A DNA stretch of 64,000 nucleotides, from the NCBI GenBank assembly GCA_964291285.2, contig OZ219788.1, positions 576,001-640,000 on the forward strand, given 5' to 3'. The position numbers and the translations under genes are program-made. The stretch comes from Alphaproteobacteria bacterium (lineage in GTDB: Bacteria; Pseudomonadota; Alphaproteobacteria; Bin95). Shown here piece after piece: positions 59,544 to 64,000 of the stretch (within the stretch, counting starts at the first letter, position 1; each line of letters begins with the position of its first letter). The notes beneath the pieces are model-generated. The model saw only the letters and a list, made by a program, of their open reading frames with translations. It did not search any database and was not told the DNA's origin.

Positions 59544-61055
59544 TCAGGGAGTCGACGGCTCGATGCCGCGCCAGGCCCAGTCGTTGTAACCGTCGGGCGC
59601 GCGCAGGCAGGACGCCCGCACGGGGTCGGTTTCGAGCGCGTCCCACACCGGCGCGGGGCCGTGCCCGTGCGCCGCCTGCACGAGGCGGCGCTCGCACTGG
59701 CTCCGGCGGATGTCCTCCTCCAGCGCCGCCGCGTCCCAGGTCTCTTCCGCGAGGCGGCGGAGAGCGGCGAGCGCGTCTCCGCTGGCCGGATCGGCGGCGA
59801 GGTCGTTGCGCTCCTCGGGGTCAGCCTCGAGGTCGAACAGCAGGTCGGGCGCGCCGCCGCCGGTCATCAGCTTGAAACGCCCGCGGCGGACCATGAACAT
59901 CGGCGAGGGCACCCCCTCGGAGGTCATCTCCACGAATACCGGCCGGTCCCGCGCAGCGGCCTTGTCTTCGCAGAGCGGCAGCAGGCTCGCGCCGTCGGGC
60001 GGCCGCGGCGCGCGGTCGGCGAGGTCGATCCCCGCCAGGCCGCAGAGCGTCGGCAGCAGGTCCACCAGCGAGACGGGCTCGGCCCGGCGGGCGGCGGCGA
60101 AGCGCCGGGGGTCGTGGAGGATGAGCGGCACGCGCGCCGCATGGTCGAAGAAGTGCTTCTTGAACCAGAGGCCCCGCTCGCCGAGCATGTCGCCATGGTC
60201 CGAGGTGAACAGGACCGCCGTGTCGTTCGCGAAACCCGCCGCCTCCAGCGCCTCCAGCAGCGTCCCGACCATGTCGTCGAGCCAGGAGCAATTGGCGAGA
60301 TAGGCGTGGCGGGCGGTCCGCACATGGGCCTCGGTAATGTCGCCTTCGAGCAGGCCGTGATGGGCGAGCATGCGCCGGCTGTGGAGGTCGCGTTCCGGCT
60401 CGGGCGGGAGCGGGGTCGCGGGCATCGGGACGTCCTCGTGGCGGTAACGCTCCCAGTGCTCGCGCCGGGCGAAATAGGGCTCGTGCGGATGCGTGAACGA
60501 CACCGCCAGGAAGAAGGGCTGCCGGTCCGCGGCCTCGTGCAGCCATGCCACGGACCGCGACAGGACCGCCTCGTCATGGTCCATCTGCATGCTGCGCTCG
60601 GAGATGCCGGAGCGGATGACGCCGCTGGAATCGTTGTTCGACTCCATGCGGGTCTCGTCCCAGTCCGGCGTCCAGTGGAAATCCGTCGGGTATAGCTCCG
60701 GCAGGAGGCGTTCGTGGAAGCCGTGCAGCATGTCCGGCCCGACGAAATGCTGCTTGCCGGCAAGCGCCGTGCGGTAGCCAGCGAGCCGCAGATAGTGCGC
60801 CATGGTGGGGGTGGCGGCGGCGAACTCCGCCGCATTGTCGAAGGCCCGCACGCGCGAGGGCAGCATCCCGGCCAGCATGGAGAAGCGCGAGGGCGCGCAG
60901 AGCGGGAAGTTGCAATAGGCGTTCTCGAACACCACCCCTTCCCCCGAGAGCCGGTCGAGATGCGGGGCCGCCGCCGGGCCGCCATATGCCGGCAGCACCT
61001 GGGGTTTCAGCTGGTCGGCCTGGATCAGCAGGATGTTGGGCAGGTCTCGGGCCAT
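59544..61055 (-). CDS. betC: choline-sulfatase-like sulfatase
   Basis: PNILLIQADQ, LCAPSR, GKQHFVGPD.LHGF, SFTHPH, DHGDMLGERGLWFK. Confidence 0.85.
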   Translation of the reverse strand: MARDLPNILLIQADQLKPQVLPAYGGPAAAPHLDRLSGEGVVFENAYCNFPLCAPSRFSMLAGMLPSRVRAFDNAAEFAAATPTMAHYLRLAGYRTALAGKQHFVGPDMLHGFHERLLPELYPTDFHWTPDWDETRMESNNDSSGVIRSGISERSMQMDHDEAVLSRSVAWLHEAADRQPFFLAVSFTHPHEPYFARREHWERYRHEDVPMPATPLPPEPERDLHSRRMLAHHGLLEGDITEAHVRTARHAYLANCSWLDDMVGTLLEALEAAGFANDTAVLFTSDHGDMLGERGLWFKKHFFDHAARVPLILHDPRRFAAARRAEPVSLVDLLPTLCGLAGIDLADRAPRPPDGASLLPLCEDKAAARDRPVFVEMTSEGVPSPMFMVRRGRFKLMTGGGAPDLLFDLEADPEERNDLAADPASGDALAALRRLAEETWDAAALEEDIRRSQCERRLVQAAHGHGPAPVWDALETDPVRASCLRAPDGYNDWAWRGIEPSTP

Positions 61056-61094
61056 GACGGTCTCCGGCGCGGGGTTCGGGCGGGACCCGCTGCC

Positions 61095-61970
61095 TCACCC
61101 GTAGCGGGGCTCGTCCCACCAGGGGTAGAAGCCCGGCATCGCCTCGCCGGGCGTGGACGCGAAGGCGGGCGGGCGCTTCTCCAGGAAGGAGGCGACGCCC
61201 TCGCGCGCATCGGCCGAGGCGCCGGTATAGGCCATGCCGAGCGAGTCGACCCGGTGCGCGGCCATCGGGTGGCCCTCGCCCAGCATCTTCCACATCATCT
61301 GCCGGCAGAGCGCGACCGACATGGGCGAGGCGTTGTCCGCGATCTCGCGGCCGAGCGCGCGCGCCGCCGGCAGCAGCTCGTCGGGCGCGTGCAGCGAGCG
61401 CACCAGCCCGCCCTCGAACGCCTCTTCGGCCGAGAAGACGCGGCCCGTCGCGACCCATTCCATCGCCTGCTGCATGCCGACAAGGCGCGGCAGGAACCAG
61501 GAGGACGCGGCCTCCATCACCACGCCACGCCGGGAGAAGACGAAGCCGAACCGCGCCTCCGTCGAGGCGAGGCGGATGTCCATCGGCAGGATCTGCGTCG
61601 CGCCGAAGCCGACCGCCGGGCCGTTCACCGCCGCGATCACCGGCTTCTTCATGTCGAAGAGGCGGAGCGCCACGAGGCCGCCGCCGTCGCGGTGGCGCGC
61701 GCCCGGCTCAGGCGGCGCGCGGTCGAAGGTGCCCGGCCCGCCGGAGAGGTCCGCCCCGGCGCAGAAGGCCCGCCCCGCCCCGGTGACGATGACCGCCCGC
61801 ACGCCATCGTCGCGGTCGGCCGCGTCCAGCGCCTCCAGATACTCGCCGATCATCACGGCGTTGACGGCGTTCAGCCGGTCCGGCCGGTTGAGCGTCAGCG
61901 TGAGCAGGCCGTCCTCGACCTCGGCCCTGAGCGTCTCATAAGACAAATGCGCATCCCCCCGAAGAGACAT
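61095..61970 (-). CDS. crotonase/enoyl-CoA hydratase family protein
   Basis: LNRPDRLNA, FCAGADL, AVNGPAVG, EAASSWFLPRLVG; start may be TTG 61946. Confidence 0.92.
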   Translation of the reverse strand: MSLRGDAHLSYETLRAEVEDGLLTLTLNRPDRLNAVNAVMIGEYLEALDAADRDDGVRAVIVTGAGRAFCAGADLSGGPGTFDRAPPEPGARHRDGGGLVALRLFDMKKPVIAAVNGPAVGFGATQILPMDIRLASTEARFGFVFSRRGVVMEAASSWFLPRLVGMQQAMEWVATGRVFSAEEAFEGGLVRSLHAPDELLPAARALGREIADNASPMSVALCRQMMWKMLGEGHPMAAHRVDSLGMAYTGASADAREGVASFLEKRPPAFASTPGEAMPGFYPWWDEPRYG

Positions 61971-62058
61971 GCGCCGTCCCCTACAGCATTTCCGCTGCGG
62001 GTGGAACCGCCGCCCCCTTCGCCCGGCCGGAGACCGGGGAAGGGGGTGCCGTCTTTCG

Positions 62059-64000
62059 TTACATCGCCGAGGTGCGGCCGTAGATGGAGAGCGCCACCGC
62101 CTCGAACTCCACGCCGTCGCCGGTGATGTCGTCGAACATGAAATCGTCGGGCCTGGAGGTGGACTGCAGCACCTTGCCTTCCGGGCCGCGCGGCAGCTCG
62201 TTGGTCGGGCCGAATTCCGCCTCGAGCGCCGCCACCTCGTCCGCCGTCAGCGCGGCCAGCGAGCACGGCATGCCCTTCATGTGCGGGATGCCCTGTTCGC
62301 GGTCGATCAGCGCCTCCTCGTCGTCGGGCGTCACCTGCCCGTCATTGAAGGCCCACATGCCGGACATGTTCTCCAGCCCCGGCCGCGATTCCGGTTTCCA
62401 CCAGCCGTGCGGCACCCGCACAAGCCCCGCCGGCATGGAGGAGCGGCCATAGACGCGGGCGACCATGGCGCCGGTCGAGGTCTCGAGCCGGGCCCAGGCG
62501 CCTTCCTCGAAGCCGAGCCGCTCCATCTCCGACGGGGCGATCATGAACATCGGGTCCGCCGCGCGCCGGCGCAGTTCCGGGATATGGCGGTGGCCGGAGC
62601 GGAAATACTCGTCCTCGGGCCAGCCGATGAACATCGCCATCGGGAAGCGCTCCGAGGGCTCCGCCGCCTCGCGGTAGTAGGGCAGCGGATCGAAGCCGAG
62701 ATTTTCCAGCACCCCGGAATAGAGCTCCACCTTGCCGGACGGCGTGGCGAAGCCGGTCTTGAGATACTGCCTCTCCCCGGGGTCGGGCGCCTGGCCGCGA
62801 TGCAGGTTGGGCGCGCGCCCGGCCGCGACGACGTCCGTCCAGACCGCCCCGCCCGGCTCCAGCCGGTAGTTGATGAAGTCCTCCTGGTTCGTCCAGGGGA
62901 AGGCGTCGCCGAACCCCATGCGCCTGGCGAGCATATGCCAGAAATATGTGACATTGCGGCACTCGCCCGGCGGCTCCATCGCCTGGTCGCTGATGCCGGA
63001 CTGCATGGAGGGCCGCTCCAGCCAGGAGTCGCCCGGCAGTATGTAGTCCGAGATCTGCGCGCTCGGCGTCATGTTGTGCTCGAAGGAGACGAGCAGGTCC
63101 TGCTTCATCATCGCCCGGTACACGCGGTCGCCGTTGGCGTAGGCCATCAGCGCGTTGTTGGCCATCATGAAGAAGGCCCGGACCGGGTAGGGGTCGCTGT
63201 CCTCCATGGCCGTGAACACCGCCATCGGGTTGGCCATGTAGCAGCCGTTGACGAGGTTGATGTAGCGCTGGCCCCAGACGCGCTCGGTGGCGTCCTCGAA
63301 GGCCTTCATGCCGCGGAAGGTGAAGACCGGGTGCCGGTCGGCGCCCAGCTGCTTGGCCTTCTGCTCCTCGGACAGCAGGTGCGCCATCTCGATCTCGGAG
63401 TCGGAGCGCACGACCGGGCTCGGGCCGACGAACACGTCGCCGCCCTTGATGTCGACATTGCCGGTGACCGCGCGCAGCATGGCCTGCAGGCGGATCGCCG
63501 AGGTGCTGGACACCTGCTGGTCGGTGATCGGCGACCAGGGGATGCAGGCGGGCCCGGCCGTCGCATACATGCGGGCCGAGTCGCGGATCTGCTCTTGCGT
63601 GAGGCCGGTGATCTCCGCGACGCGCTCGACGGGATACTCCTGCAGGCGCTCGACCAGCTTGTCGAAGCCGACCGTCCAGTCGCGCACGAACTCCTTGTCG
63701 TAAAGCTCCTCATCGACGATGACCCTGAGCCAGCCGAGCAGCAGGGCCGCGTCGGTGCCGGCGCGCAGCGGCAGCCAGATATCGGCGCGCTCGGCGTTCC
63801 CGCTGCGGCGCGGATCGGCCACGATGAGCCTGGCGCCCGCGGCCTGCGCCATGCGGATCGCCTTGTATTCCATCGTCCAGCTGTGCCGGCGCGGGTCGTG
63901 GCCGAGCAGCACGATGCATTTCGAGTTCAGGATGTCGCCGCGCGGGAACCAGCCGTAGACATAGCGGTTCACCGCCGCCGTGTTGCCGGCGCAATAGGCG
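62059..64000 (-). CDS. bis-MGD (Mo/W) oxidoreductase, acetylene-hydratase-like (5'-partial)
   Basis: YCAGNTAAVNR, HSW, GTDAAL, CIPW, MANP, PYPVRAF, PGDSWLERP, ATPSGKVELYS, PHGWW, DREQGIP. Confidence 0.85.
   Translation of the reverse strand, partial: AYCAGNTAAVNRYVYGWFPRGDILNSKCIVLLGHDPRRHSWTMEYKAIRMAQAAGARLIVADPRRSGNAERADIWLPLRAGTDAALLLGWLRVIVDEELYDKEFVRDWTVGFDKLVERLQEYPVERVAEITGLTQEQIRDSARMYATAGPACIPWSPITDQQVSSTSAIRLQAMLRAVTGNVDIKGGDVFVGPSPVVRSDSEIEMAHLLSEEQKAKQLGADRHPVFTFRGMKAFEDATERVWGQRYINLVNGCYMANPMAVFTAMEDSDPYPVRAFFMMANNALMAYANGDRVYRAMMKQDLLVSFEHNMTPSAQISDYILPGDSWLERPSMQSGISDQAMEPPGECRNVTYFWHMLARRMGFGDAFPWTNQEDFINYRLEPGGAVWTDVVAAGRAPNLHRGQAPDPGERQYLKTGFATPSGKVELYSGVLENLGFDPLPYYREAAEPSERFPMAMFIGWPEDEYFRSGHRHIPELRRRAADPMFMIAPSEMERLGFEEGAWARLETSTGAMVARVYGRSSMPAGLVRVPHGWWKPESRPGLENMSGMWAFNDGQVTPDDEEALIDREQGIPHMKGMPCSLAALTADEVAALEAEFGPTNELPRGPEGKVLQSTSRPDDFMFDDITGDGVEFEAVALSIYGRTSAM

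Overview
High-GC alphaproteobacterial chromosomal window (bamE, ubiquinol-cytochrome c chaperone, yceD, alpha-type porin, coxSLM-like operon). It is mostly housekeeping and catabolic genes with three accessory zones. (1) About 8.9-15.6 kb is a defence/TA-like patch: OLD-type ATPase-TOPRIM, a duplicated gene end, higBA, a low-GC SIR2-like gene, an orphan IS630-type HTH and a GSU2403-type nucleotidyltransferase. (2) About 20.6-33.65 kb is an integrated mobilisable element whose left edge truncates a solute-binding gene. It carries three tandem RHH/MobC-like genes, ssb, a 7-repeat C4 zinc-finger array protein, a MOBF/TrwC relaxase-helicase, an intact IS256 with an 8-bp target duplication, an R388-like nic candidate, and a Cre-like tyrosine recombinase flanked by two inverted 34-bp loxP-format sites. 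(3) About 40.1-42.0 kb has phased CATGACA repeats and a REP-doublet array around a DUF559 endonuclease gene. Also present: an in-frame UGA (UxxC) selenoprotein with a SECIS-like hairpin, a TbpB-like lipoprotein plus Slam pair, a partial ERG4/ERG24 sterol-reductase-like gene at the left edge and a partial acetylene-hydratase-like molybdopterin enzyme at the right edge. No tRNA, rRNA or CRISPR array was seen. All family calls are from motif recognition by eye, not database searches.
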